From a candidate division WWE3 bacterium (GTDB taxonomy: Bacteria; Patescibacteriota; WWE3; UBA101185; UBA10185): a stretch of 64,000 nt of DNA. Below, piece after piece: positions 18,917 through 28,881 of this stretch. Within the stretch, counting starts at the first letter, position 1; each line of letters starts with the position of its first letter. Position numbers and translations under genes: made by a program. The notes under the pieces are model-generated. The model saw only the letters and a program-made list of their open reading frames with translations, was not told the DNA's origin and made no database searches. Where the stretch lies: the NCBI GenBank assembly GCA_014729135.1, contig WJKK01000001.1, forward strand, positions 593 through 64,592, written 5' to 3'.

Positions 18917-21900
18917 ATGGGGTTGAATATGGTCGTCCAATGGGGTACTATAATTACAATGCCCGAAAACTTGCCCAATATATCTGAAAATTCATCCAAA
19001 AAAGCGACACCTGACAAAACAGGTCAACAACCCTTAAGCACCTCAGATGCAGCTAAAGAACTGGGCATCTCCCCTACTACACTAAAACGAATCCAGAAAA
19101 AATTTAAGCTGAATGTTCCACGCGATGAAAATAATTATCGTGTTTTTGATCAGGAGACTTTGGCAAGTTTTAGGGAGGCACTAGAAATTCACGAGGGAGG
19201 TGGCGCGGCGGCGGAAAAGAATGATTCCGGATCGGGGTCCAGAATGACAGTTTTTTCTCGTCATCCTGACGGAAGTCAAGATCCAGGATCCCGGATCAAG
19301 TCCGGGATGACAGATGGAAATAGGATGACAACACCTGGTCTCGAAATGACGAAATTTCGTCATTCTGAGCTTGACTCAAAATCTGCAGCGTCGATGAGAA
19401 GTGCAAGTCCTGCGGACATTGCACATCGGAATGACAGAAAGGGTGAAACAACCGAGGATCAGAAACTAACAGAAAACGCACAACTCTCCAAAGACCGCGC
19501 AAAACAAAGAGGAGCACTCACGCGAGAAAAAACACAACAAAAACTACTCAAAACCTTACCACTCCCCCTACTTGCAAGCACATTTGCCATGTTCTTTTTA
19601 TTCGGGCTTTTCACTCTTGGAGGCGCTTACTTCCAAAACGCCTCTAAAATAAAGGCAAAAACCCAAAATGTTAAGGCCCTGTTAGCCCACAACCTCAACG
19701 CGCCAATTCAAAATGCTTTTTCTCGCATAGAAAATGAGGTGTCAAATGATGTCAGCGGTTCTTCAATAGAGAATCTTGAAATGACAACAACGCATCATTC
19801 TGACGGAAGTCAAGATCCAGGATCCCGAGTCAAGCTCGGGATGACGGGGGGAAACGGAATGACTACGCTACTCTCCTCCCTAATCAAAAACAAAAAAGAC
19901 CAGCCCGGAGTACTAGCAACCGCCGTACTGGGCAGAAGAACAACTCGCCCCGACTTCGAACTCGACATCAACGTCCCCACAACAATCCGCGACAGCCTCA
20001 CCGTAGAAGGCACCATCTCAGCACGCACCTTCGCCACTCTCGCAGGAGGGCTCTCCACGGACAACCAAGACATAGATGCAGGCACCGGCACAATCACCGC
20101 GGGAACCATCACCGCAACCACAACAAACACCGGAACCCTCAACCTTACAGGACCGGCCACAATCAACAACCTCCTGACAATTGATGACGTCACTCAAACC
20201 ACCTTAGAAGAAGCGCTGGAACTCGCCGGAGACCTGGAAGGCACCTTAAACGCAGCCACCATCGTCACCCTCGGTGGAGCCGACGTTGGCGACATAGACT
20301 CAGGCGAACTTTTAATATTAGACGGCAACGAAATTACATCAGGTGAAATCACCGATTTAGACACAACAGCAATAACAGAACTGGGAACAATTTCAACCGG
20401 AACCTGGACAGCTACAGAAATAGGCCCGACTTATGGAGGCACAGGACTCACAACATACACAACAGGCGACCTCCTCTACTCCTCCGCTTCAAATACACTA
20501 GCCGCCCTCAACATAGGCACATCAGGACAAATGCTGACAGTTGCCGCAACAGGAATCCCACAGTGGCAGTCAGTTCAAGAAGCCGTTGGAGGCGCAGCAT
20601 TTTTACAAGAAGGAAACTCACTTGGAACCACAGCAATACTAGGAACCAATGACGCCTACAACCTAGTTTTTGAAACCAATAACACCGGTCACATGGCACT
20701 AACCTCCTCCGGAAAACTGGGCATTGGAACAACAGATCCCGGATCAGGGTCCGGGATGACAGTCATGGGAGGCAACGTTGGAATTGGCACAACCACCCCC
20801 ACTTCCCTACTCCACGTAGCAGGAGCCGCAGACATTGAAGGACAACTAACCGTAAACGAAGTCCTAATAACCCAAAACGGTATCGACAACTCAAGTGGAG
20901 GTATTACAAATGCCGGACCCATAACCGGAGCAACCGGCTTCACATCAAGTGGAACCATCACACTTAGCGACCTCTCCACAGGAGTGCTAAAATCCTCTGT
21001 TGGGGGCGTAATCTCATCCTCCGCCATAAACCTAGCCGACTCCGGAACCGACTACATCACAGGAACACTAACCCCAGCAAAAGGAGGAACAGGCCTAGCC
21101 TCCTACTCCATTGGCGACGTAATCTACGCATCCGCAGCAGACACACTAGCAGCTTTAGGCGCCGGCGGAGAAGGAGAAGTGCTAACAATAGACTCCGGAC
21201 TCCCCTCTTGGGGAAGCGTCACAGGCGACGGAGGCATCTGTACAAACTGCCTAGTAGACGATCCCGGAAGCACCCAAACCATAACCCCGACAAACGCAAC
21301 CGCCACCGGACTTTCTATAAAACAAGCCGACTCCGGAACCGCGGACGTCTTTAATGTACTGTCAAACGATGGCAATACTACTTTTTTTAAAATCGACAAC
21401 AGCGGAAACGTCGTTTTAGGCAACACCTCCTCCGCAGAATTTACCGTATCACCAACAAGCACCGATCCAATAGCTATTTCACCGGTTGCACAAGGCTCTA
21501 ACGCCTACACAGGAACCATCACCAGCTCCGACTTAACAGCAGCCAGAACATGGACTTTCCCCGACGCCACAGGAGCCGTTTGTCTTGCCACCGGAAACTG
21601 TAGTGGAGTCGGCGCCAACTTGGGAGGTGAAGGAGCACAATACTACATAACCCGCTGGTCAGGACAATACACACTTGAAAACTCAAACATTTGGGATGCC
21701 GGCTCAGGAGTTGGCATAGGCACAACAGACCCAAGCTATGATCTGGATGTAGCCGGAACTTTTAACACCTCAGGTGCAGCTACGTTAGGCAGCACTCTAG
21801 ATGTAACAGGAAACACGAGCCTAGCTGGAGAACTAGACGTCACCCAAGCAACAACACTAAACAGCACACTAGAAGTCACCAGCGCCACCACCCTCTCCTC

Positions 21901-24900
21901 CACCTTAGATGTCACCAGCAACGTAACCACCGGAGGACGTTTGGCAGTAAATGGCGCAAGTGATTCTTGGGTAGACGGCAATTTAGGCCTTGGCACAACC
22001 GACCCCACAAAGCAACTGCATGTTTCAGGTGGCGACGCCCTTTTTGAAGATGATGTTTATTTAGGCGATTCCACCGGTGTTTCAAAAGTTTTAAATGCTA
22101 ACGCAGGATCAACAGAGGGAGGCTTTAGCGTGCAAAATTCTACCACTAACCTTTTAGCCAACGGGTCCTTTGAATCGAGTACTTTTAGTGCAGGGTGGGA
22201 TATGGATGGGTTTGTGTTTGATCAGGATGAGGTTACGTTTACAACTGCCATGGCAAAAAGGACGGGCCAAGGGCCTTTTGCAGCAGCGCCTATTGTGCAA
22301 ACAAATTGGGAAGACGACACAACCAATGGGGATAGAATCAACTACAGCATTAGTGACACCCTGTACGAAGGGTTTTTTCCTGAATTTGATAGCGAACAAG
22401 GAACAATTGTTATGTGGGTAACCCCCGAATGGAACGGAACAAGTACAGAAACTCACACTTTTTTAAATGACCAGTATGACAGATTCAGATTGTACTTTGA
22501 CAATGGTAACCTATATTTTAAAGGGGCTGGAGGTGTTGGAAGCACGGGAGTATCTACAGACGTCTCAGATTGGACTGCAGGAAGCACTTACCTCATAACG
22601 GCTCGCTGGGACAGAACCAACGAGCTTGAGGGAGCAAACCACGCCTCTTTGACAGTAGAAAATGCAGCACCCACATTCGGCGAGGAAACTCCGGGCATAT
22701 GGAACGCTGGTAATATCTATATAGGAAATGATATATCCAGCACGCCTACCAATGCCATTATAGAGGGGCTTACCATCTACCGCCGACCATTATATGACGG
22801 AACCTATGGTATTGATGTCGGTAACGGCGATGAAATCGCTGCTATATACAACTCGGGCAGCGGAGAAGATCCTACCCTAACCACCGGTTCCTGGGATGTA
22901 GTCTTTGCCCTCCCCACCAACGCCTCCATCGGAGCACTTTCTACAGGCACAGGCGAGGCCTGGACCCATCCACATGCTTCTAACGTCCTTTACACCGATA
23001 CTGATAACACCGGGGGTTTTATGATGAACGGCACTTACACTTCAGACGGATGGTCCGATGAGGGCTCCCCTACTTCGGTAGCAGCACTTGCAACAGACGA
23101 AAAGATTTTTGCAGGAGGATACAAAACCGTAAGTGATGCAGCAAACGAAGGTATTAAATACAGTTTAAGCGGGCTTTCAGCAGGAGAAAACTATGTTGTT
23201 AGAGCACTTGCCCACTCCGATGGAACATCAATCCCCAAAATTCAAATTTGGGATGCTACTAATGGAGCCGAAATTACGCAAATGACAGCAGATGATGCAA
23301 CTTCAGACCGAGATACACCGGAGGTGTTTTTGTTTACGTTTGAGTTACCAACAGTTGCTAGAAATGGAGTTGCAAGTGATTGTACCTCTATAGAGGTGCG
23401 GCTTTTGAACACACAAGCAAGTGGGACGACTTACTGGCATCAAGTGGAACTACTAGAAAACTATATTGATAACCCTTCACTTGAAACAGGTTCGGGCGAT
23501 CCGTGGATCCCGGATGGGTGGAGCAACTCCGGTTTAGATACAACGGAAAGCGCTGCGGAAACAGGCACTTACCACACAGGATCAAACGCCATTAGCTTAA
23601 ATCCCGATGCGGGAAATGAAGGCACTACCACTAATGATATTGGTCCTTTAGCTGCTAACGCATACATTGCAGTAGGAGGCTGGTCAATTTCTACAAATTT
23701 AAACCCAAAACTAATGGGGGGAATAGGTATTGAAGAGCAAGATGGCTCTCCCGAAGATTATGCAGGACCTTATTTGAGCGGAGATACAACCTGGGAAACA
23801 GAAGCCAGAGTCCTTCGCGCTGACTTCTCAAGGCCTACAAGTGAGTTCACGCTAAGAGACCCAGCGGCAGTGAACGCATATAGTGGTATCTTTGATGATA
23901 TCTATGCGTATGATCTAACCGATGTCTCTCTCACAGTCACCCCCGCCTCAGAAGCCAACTCCACAGAAAGTACGGGACTTAGAGTAGATGGAAGGGATAC
24001 GGCTACACAAACCATAAGTAATATTACAGCAACAGAAGGAAGAATACGGTTTAAATGGACACCTAGACATTCAGCGGGGAACGCTAATACATATCAAGGA
24101 GGAGATAGGACCACTATCGCTTACTTTTTCTATGACTACTCAAACTATATCATTGTGCGATGGTGGTCGGACAGTACAATAAGATTAAGTATAAAAGACC
24201 CAAATAATCTCGACGGAAACAGTTGGGATGCAACAGGAAGCATAAGTGCGGGCACAACTTACGATATGGAAATCATTTATAATGAGAACAGAGCAGCGCT
24301 AAATATAGATGGCAATGAAACTAGTGTTATTGAGGAAGGAACCAATTTTGACAACACACCAGATGAAGCCTACTGGGCAAGCTGGAGTGACGGAAGATTT
24401 AATGGCGACGCCACATTCGCCTCCCCCGACCCCTCCACCACAGCAGAAACAGCCAGCGCCAACACCTACCTCGGCAAAAAAGCAGCCGAAATAAACGCCT
24501 CCGGAAACTACTCCGCAGAACTAACCCAAAGTGTTGACCCCAACTCCACAAGCACTCACACCCTATCCGCCTACATAAAAATGAGCGACGCAAGCGAAGT
24601 CACCTCCTCAAAAGTAAAACTCATCTGGGAGGGAAGCCTAGTAACTCCCGATTCTTACACCCAAGTAGGCTCAACCGGATGGTACCGATTGTCATACTCT
24701 GCAGCCACAACCGATGCCTCCAACGACTACGGAGTCTACGTGGAAAACGGCTACACGGCTTATGCAGATGGCGTTCAACTGGAGGCTAGCGCCTTTGCCA
24801 CCAACTTTGCCGACAATAATTTGGCGCGGGTTGCAGGAGCCAGCATTGCGGATAACGATTTAATTGGCCGTACTTTGGGGGTTTATGGCCAAAGCACTTT

Positions 24901-27900
24901 CTTTGGAGATTTGATTCCGGGTTACAGCGACGTTTATGATTTGGGGTCTAGCAGTTATAAGTGGAATAATTTGTATTTAGCTGGTGATATTAATTTGTCA
25001 GGGGAGCTGTTGTTAGCGGATGGAACTGCCGCCCTTCCTTCGTTGGCTTTTTCTAGTGATGCCAATACGGGGCTGTACCGTTTGGGAGATGATCAGCTTG
25101 GATTTAGTACGGGAGGGTCTAGTAGGGTTGTGATTGATGAGAGTGGATATGTGGGGATTGGGACGACGGATCCATCCTCTGCACTGAAAATTGAGAATGG
25201 AAACATTGAAATAGGGGGTGATTATAACCCAGGGTTAAAAATATATTCCTGGGAAACCACCCACGGAACAGGTAGTTACGCGCAGTTAGAGAAAACGTCT
25301 CTTACAGTAAGCTCAAGATTCTCTTATGGGGATTTTTCAGTAAAATCGAGAGACAACAGCTTAGATCAAACTAAAACATCCTTGAAAATCCTGGGAGATT
25401 CTGGAAATGTTGGTATTGGAAATAGTGACCCCGAAGAAGCTCTTCATATCCAGAATCCCGCAGGAGCCTACATCAAACTCCAAACAGCTGAAAGTATAGA
25501 TTCCGACTCAGAAGGTTTGATATTTTCACACTATAACCATTCCGGTAATTCTTGGGAGGAAGCCAGCGTATTTTACGATTGGTGGGGTAGAACAGGATTG
25601 AACTACAAATCTAACGGCAGGGACGGTGATCACGCCGACCACAGGTTTTTGGATAATGAGAATAACGTACATATGCTCATAACAGATGCGGGACTTGTTG
25701 GAGTGGGAACCACCGCCCCCGCCTCCACCCTCGACGTGGCCGGTACCGCCTGGCTCCGTGGTGACACGGGTGATAACGGGCTTTTTGTTGAAGCTGGAGG
25801 GAATGTAGGCATCGGAACCACAGACCCAAGCGAAGAGTTAGAAATTAAAGGAAACGGAAGCGCTGATTTAATTTTAAAAAGAAATAATGATGTAACAGGA
25901 GAACAAGGAAATCTCATATTCCAAACTTTCAATGGTACAGAAATGGCAAAAATAACAGGCAACCGCGTGGGCGGAGATGGAGAGCTTAATTTCCATACAG
26001 ATGGAGCCCTAACGATGGTTTTAGACAGATACGGAAGAATTCAGAGCGGCCAAAATATCGACGGCACCCCCAGTAGCTGGCTCGAAATCTACAGACATTC
26101 CCCATCAGCAAATGAGTCTTTGCTCAAGCTTGCAACAGGAAGCAATGATAATTTGTTTAACATTGATAGCGAAGGTGATGCATATATTTCTAATACATTA
26201 GGTATCGGCACCACCTCCCCCACCTCCACCCTCGATGTTGCAGGTACCGCCTGGCTCCGCGGTGACACGGGTGATAACGGGCTTTTTGTTGAAGCAGGAG
26301 GAAATGTAGGTATCGGCACCACCAATCCGGAAAGCCTTTTACACATCGAATCCGGAACAGAAGAGGCATTCAAAATTAAGAATGCGGGTTCTGACCCCGT
26401 TATAAGTTTAGGAAACAGTGGGGGGAACGGCTTAATTAAAGGAGGCCTAAATAACAGTCTATTTATTAGATCTCTAGGAAACTCAAACTCCGAGGGTATA
26501 TCTTTCCAGAATGACACTAGTGATGGAGGGTCACCCACCACTCTGATGCATTTAAATAGACTGGGATACTTAGGTATAGGAACTACTGCTCCTAGTGGAC
26601 AACTCCACTCCACCGGCACTGTTTTCTTTGCGGGGGTTTATGATGATGATTTAAATGGAGGTACTTATAGAGACTTGCTGGTACAAGACGATGGTCAGTT
26701 AGGCTACGACTCCTCCTCTATTCGCTACAAAACTAATGTAATTGACATGGAGGATACCTCATGGATTTATGATTTGCGACCGGTTAACTATGAATACAAA
26801 CAGAAAGATGAAAATGGGAATTATTTAGAAACCGGTACGGGAGTTATGAAGTATGGGCTTATTGCTGAAGAGGTTGAACAGGTTAATGATAGCTTTGTGT
26901 TCTATAACGTGTTGGATGACGGATCTAAACAAGTGGAAGGTGTGCAATATAGAGAACTAGTCACTCCAATTATCCAAGCCGTTCAAGATCAAAAAATAAC
27001 GTTAGATGAGCATGGAATAATCCTTAAAGATCTTGGAGCTGTGGATGAAACCAGCCCTACCCTTTTAGAAATGGAAGACAACATAGCCTCTTTGCAAGCA
27101 GGGCTTGAAACCACAAACACAGAAATCGCAGACATGAGGATGATCCTCGATGAAATCAGCACTTCAGTCCTTGAGAGCAGTGAATCTTTTGGACTGGAAG
27201 AAGGATCATCCTTAACAGAAAGTGGGGTTTTAGAGTCAACAGAAAGCACAAGTAGCACTTCGAACAAGGATGATCCTTCATTAGTTTTGATGGAAATCGA
27301 ATCCGTTTATGATGAGTTTAAAGAATTTGTGGCAGCACTTGGCCTTTCCGTAAACACAGAAACCGAAACTCTAATAGCAGAAAGCAACTTTACAGTAATT
27401 GGACAAACAACCCTGGCTGATACAACAATCACAGGAGATTTGGCGGTAGGATTGCTGACAATCGACTCCATGGAAAACTCTATTGGAATTACAGGGCCCT
27501 CCTGCTATTCAGAAATAACAGGCGAAACAAATGAAGCACTTTGCAAAACGGGAACTCTATATTTACAAAAGAACCTGGCAGGTAATTTGGATATATTCAA
27601 TGGCAAAATCGTCCTCTCCCCTGATGGTAATTTAGAGGTTGCAGGAGCAGTAGCAGCTTCGGCTATAAGGGTAGATGAAAATGGAGGTACTATAGGATCG
27701 GGCATGCTAGAGGCAGGGGAAACTTCTCTAATAGTTGCAAGTGCAGAGATCACTAGTAAGTCCAAAATTTTCGTAACCCCAACAAATTCAACAGTCGGCC
27801 AAACACTATGGATAGGAGAAAAAACCGAGGGGGAAAGTTTTGAAGTTAAAATAGACTCTCCGGTAGATTCTGACATAACCTTTGACTGGTGGATTATAAA

Positions 27901-27904
27901 TTAG
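18917..27904 (+). CDS. Giant (2995 aa) membrane-anchored surface protein: N-terminal HTH, transmembrane helix, tail-fibre-like GIGTTDP repeats, lectin-like region, S74-type intramolecular chaperone/autoproteolysis domain, C-terminal coiled-coil and beta domain
   Basis: Single ORF. aa 40-90 'LSTSDAAKELGISPTTLKRIQKKF...NYRVFDQETLASFREA' is HTH_17-like. Transmembrane helix 'LPLPLLASTFAMFFLFGLFTLGGAYF' at about aa 215-240. Repeated '(L/V)GIGTTxPxxxL(H/D)V(A/S)G' tail-fibre motifs. 'YDSSSIRYKTNVIDMED...YGLIAEEVEQV' at about aa 2595 matches the SDxRxK...GLIAQEVE core of peptidase S74 / endosialidase C-terminal chaperone domains. Confidence 0.85.
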   Translation: MGLNMVVQWGTIITMPENLPNISENSSKKATPDKTGQQPLSTSDAAKELGISPTTLKRIQKKFKLNVPRDENNYRVFDQETLASFREALEIHEGGGAAAEKNDSGSGSRMTVFSRHPDGSQDPGSRIKSGMTDGNRMTTPGLEMTKFRHSELDSKSAASMRSASPADIAHRNDRKGETTEDQKLTENAQLSKDRAKQRGALTREKTQQKLLKTLPLPLLASTFAMFFLFGLFTLGGAYFQNASKIKAKTQNVKALLAHNLNAPIQNAFSRIENEVSNDVSGSSIENLEMTTTHHSDGSQDPGSRVKLGMTGGNGMTTLLSSLIKNKKDQPGVLATAVLGRRTTRPDFELDINVPTTIRDSLTVEGTISARTFATLAGGLSTDNQDIDAGTGTITAGTITATTTNTGTLNLTGPATINNLLTIDDVTQTTLEEALELAGDLEGTLNAATIVTLGGADVGDIDSGELLILDGNEITSGEITDLDTTAITELGTISTGTWTATEIGPTYGGTGLTTYTTGDLLYSSASNTLAALNIGTSGQMLTVAATGIPQWQSVQEAVGGAAFLQEGNSLGTTAILGTNDAYNLVFETNNTGHMALTSSGKLGIGTTDPGSGSGMTVMGGNVGIGTTTPTSLLHVAGAADIEGQLTVNEVLITQNGIDNSSGGITNAGPITGATGFTSSGTITLSDLSTGVLKSSVGGVISSSAINLADSGTDYITGTLTPAKGGTGLASYSIGDVIYASAADTLAALGAGGEGEVLTIDSGLPSWGSVTGDGGICTNCLVDDPGSTQTITPTNATATGLSIKQADSGTADVFNVLSNDGNTTFFKIDNSGNVVLGNTSSAEFTVSPTSTDPIAISPVAQGSNAYTGTITSSDLTAARTWTFPDATGAVCLATGNCSGVGANLGGEGAQYYITRWSGQYTLENSNIWDAGSGVGIGTTDPSYDLDVAGTFNTSGAATLGSTLDVTGNTSLAGELDVTQATTLNSTLEVTSATTLSSTLDVTSNVTTGGRLAVNGASDSWVDGNLGLGTTDPTKQLHVSGGDALFEDDVYLGDSTGVSKVLNANAGSTEGGFSVQNSTTNLLANGSFESSTFSAGWDMDGFVFDQDEVTFTTAMAKRTGQGPFAAAPIVQTNWEDDTTNGDRINYSISDTLYEGFFPEFDSEQGTIVMWVTPEWNGTSTETHTFLNDQYDRFRLYFDNGNLYFKGAGGVGSTGVSTDVSDWTAGSTYLITARWDRTNELEGANHASLTVENAAPTFGEETPGIWNAGNIYIGNDISSTPTNAIIEGLTIYRRPLYDGTYGIDVGNGDEIAAIYNSGSGEDPTLTTGSWDVVFALPTNASIGALSTGTGEAWTHPHASNVLYTDTDNTGGFMMNGTYTSDGWSDEGSPTSVAALATDEKIFAGGYKTVSDAANEGIKYSLSGLSAGENYVVRALAHSDGTSIPKIQIWDATNGAEITQMTADDATSDRDTPEVFLFTFELPTVARNGVASDCTSIEVRLLNTQASGTTYWHQVELLENYIDNPSLETGSGDPWIPDGWSNSGLDTTESAAETGTYHTGSNAISLNPDAGNEGTTTNDIGPLAANAYIAVGGWSISTNLNPKLMGGIGIEEQDGSPEDYAGPYLSGDTTWETEARVLRADFSRPTSEFTLRDPAAVNAYSGIFDDIYAYDLTDVSLTVTPASEANSTESTGLRVDGRDTATQTISNITATEGRIRFKWTPRHSAGNANTYQGGDRTTIAYFFYDYSNYIIVRWWSDSTIRLSIKDPNNLDGNSWDATGSISAGTTYDMEIIYNENRAALNIDGNETSVIEEGTNFDNTPDEAYWASWSDGRFNGDATFASPDPSTTAETASANTYLGKKAAEINASGNYSAELTQSVDPNSTSTHTLSAYIKMSDASEVTSSKVKLIWEGSLVTPDSYTQVGSTGWYRLSYSAATTDASNDYGVYVENGYTAYADGVQLEASAFATNFADNNLARVAGASIADNDLIGRTLGVYGQSTFFGDLIPGYSDVYDLGSSSYKWNNLYLAGDINLSGELLLADGTAALPSLAFSSDANTGLYRLGDDQLGFSTGGSSRVVIDESGYVGIGTTDPSSALKIENGNIEIGGDYNPGLKIYSWETTHGTGSYAQLEKTSLTVSSRFSYGDFSVKSRDNSLDQTKTSLKILGDSGNVGIGNSDPEEALHIQNPAGAYIKLQTAESIDSDSEGLIFSHYNHSGNSWEEASVFYDWWGRTGLNYKSNGRDGDHADHRFLDNENNVHMLITDAGLVGVGTTAPASTLDVAGTAWLRGDTGDNGLFVEAGGNVGIGTTDPSEELEIKGNGSADLILKRNNDVTGEQGNLIFQTFNGTEMAKITGNRVGGDGELNFHTDGALTMVLDRYGRIQSGQNIDGTPSSWLEIYRHSPSANESLLKLATGSNDNLFNIDSEGDAYISNTLGIGTTSPTSTLDVAGTAWLRGDTGDNGLFVEAGGNVGIGTTNPESLLHIESGTEEAFKIKNAGSDPVISLGNSGGNGLIKGGLNNSLFIRSLGNSNSEGISFQNDTSDGGSPTTLMHLNRLGYLGIGTTAPSGQLHSTGTVFFAGVYDDDLNGGTYRDLLVQDDGQLGYDSSSIRYKTNVIDMEDTSWIYDLRPVNYEYKQKDENGNYLETGTGVMKYGLIAEEVEQVNDSFVFYNVLDDGSKQVEGVQYRELVTPIIQAVQDQKITLDEHGIILKDLGAVDETSPTLLEMEDNIASLQAGLETTNTEIADMRMILDEISTSVLESSESFGLEEGSSLTESGVLESTESTSSTSNKDDPSLVLMEIESVYDEFKEFVAALGLSVNTETETLIAESNFTVIGQTTLADTTITGDLAVGLLTIDSMENSIGITGPSCYSEITGETNEALCKTGTLYLQKNLAGNLDIFNGKIVLSPDGNLEVAGAVAASAIRVDENGGTIGSGMLEAGETSLIVASAEITSKSKIFVTPTNSTVGQTLWIGEKTEGESFEVKIDSPVDSDITFDWWIIN
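19259..19313. repeat. 55-bp palindromic element inserted in-frame in the giant gene (copy 1); a related 24-bp unit lies at 19227-19250
   Basis: GTCATCC...GATCCAGGATC...CCCGGA-tcaag-TCCGGG...GGATGAC. Encodes 'HPDGSQDPGSRIKSGMTDG'. Confidence 0.6.
19793..19847. repeat. 55-bp palindromic element inserted in-frame in the giant gene (copy 2); a further short relative lies at 20735-20763
   Basis: About 87% identical to copy 1. The internal stem is CCCGAG-tcaag-CTCGGG, a compensatory change relative to CCCGGA/TCCGGG. Confidence 0.6.
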
Positions 27905-28246
27905 AAGAAAGACTTTGCTTGTTATAGGACAACTGCCTTCTCCAGTCATTTCCTATGGGATTTCTATTCAAATCCGTCTGCAAGACACTCACCTGATTCT
28001 ATGGTGTGTAAGTATATGAAACTTATGATCTGTGGACGACGGGATCTTAAGACGCAGGTGGATAAAAAGCCTTCTTTTTTGAAGAGACACTCGCCAAGGT
28101 TCGTGTTGGAATACCCATAAATTTGTTCGCAAAGGTCCTCCAGGGTCGGACACTTTGCGGTGTAACAAAATGTTGCGTTTGAGCAGTGATATTCAAAAGG
28201 AAAACTTACATTTTGTTAAACATTTTGAAAGCTTCGCTTATCAAAA

Positions 28247-28323
28247 TGGTCGGGGTGGTGGGACTTGAACCCACGGCCTCACGAACCCGAATCGTGCACT
28301 CTAGCCATCTGAGCTACACCCCG
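28247..28323 (-). tRNA. tRNA-Pro (anticodon CGG)
   Basis: Reverse complement folds as CGGGGTG / D-arm / CACGA-TTCGGGT-TCGTG / GTGGG-TTCAAGT-CCCAC / CACCCCG-A-CCA. Confidence 0.9.
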
Positions 28324-28355
28324 CTAAACATATTCGGGTCTCTCCGCGACACGAA

Positions 28356-28430
28356 TGGCGGCCCCGACAGGAATCGAACCTACATCTCACCCTTAGGAGG
28401 GGCGCGTTCTATCCGTTGAACTACGGGGCC
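28356..28430 (-). tRNA. tRNA-Arg (anticodon CCT)
   Basis: Reverse complement GGCCCCG-TA-GTTCAACGGATAGAAC-G-CGCCC-CTCCTAA-GGGTG...TTCGATT...CGGGGCC-G-CCA. The T-stem has two G.U pairs. Confidence 0.8.
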
Positions 28431-28493
28431 CTGCTACTCCTTAGCCACTTCTCCCTGCTCCACTTTCGCTGCTCTTGCTCCTGCTCCTCGTGG

Positions 28494-28814
28494 CTACTCT
28501 CCCTCTTCAGCATCAAGCTTCTGAAGGCCCAAACCCTTAAACACAAAATAAACAACTCCCGCAATAATAACAAAATCCAGTAAATTTGACACAAAACTTC
28601 CTACTTTAATTGTGGAGCTGCCCACCGCCACCGTAAAATCCTGCAAAGCCTCCACCGGGCCCAAAACTAATCCAATAATAGGGTTAATGAGGTCGTTTAC
28701 AAGTGAGTTGACGAGTTTGGAGACGGCGCCCCCAAGGAGGAATCCTATTGCCAAGCCTACTACGCCTTGTTTGCGGATGAATTCGATGAATCCTTTGGTC
28801 TTTTTTTCTATCAT
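28494..28814 (-). CDS. mscL: Large-conductance mechanosensitive channel MscL
   Basis: 'FIEFIRKQGVVGLAIGFLLGGAVSKLVNSLVNDLINPIIG' is the typical MscL TM1 region. 106 aa. Confidence 0.85.
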   Translation of the reverse strand: MIEKKTKGFIEFIRKQGVVGLAIGFLLGGAVSKLVNSLVNDLINPIIGLVLGPVEALQDFTVAVGSSTIKVGSFVSNLLDFVIIAGVVYFVFKGLGLQKLDAEEGE

Positions 28815-28881
28815 GGAGGTATTTTAGCACGTGGTTTTGCTTGAAACTTCTATGTCGCAGCTAAATTTTTCTTAAAACCCT

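Noticed and set aside
19181-22456. Numerous 60-130-aa ORFs on both strands inside the giant gene (for example 19810..20193 and 21124..21462, both minus strand)
   Set aside because: They are embedded in or antisense to a 9-kb ORF with coherent repeat architecture, and were judged artefacts of the long open frames
25722-26330. Diversity-generating retroelement template/variable-repeat pair
   Set aside because: Substitutions between the two repeats are mixed and mostly synonymous rather than adenine-specific. No reverse transcriptase is nearby, and both copies are coding
28431-28493. Additional tRNA between tRNA-Arg and mscL
   Set aside because: The sequence (CTGCTACTCCTTAGCC...) has no cloverleaf and no TTCGA T-loop
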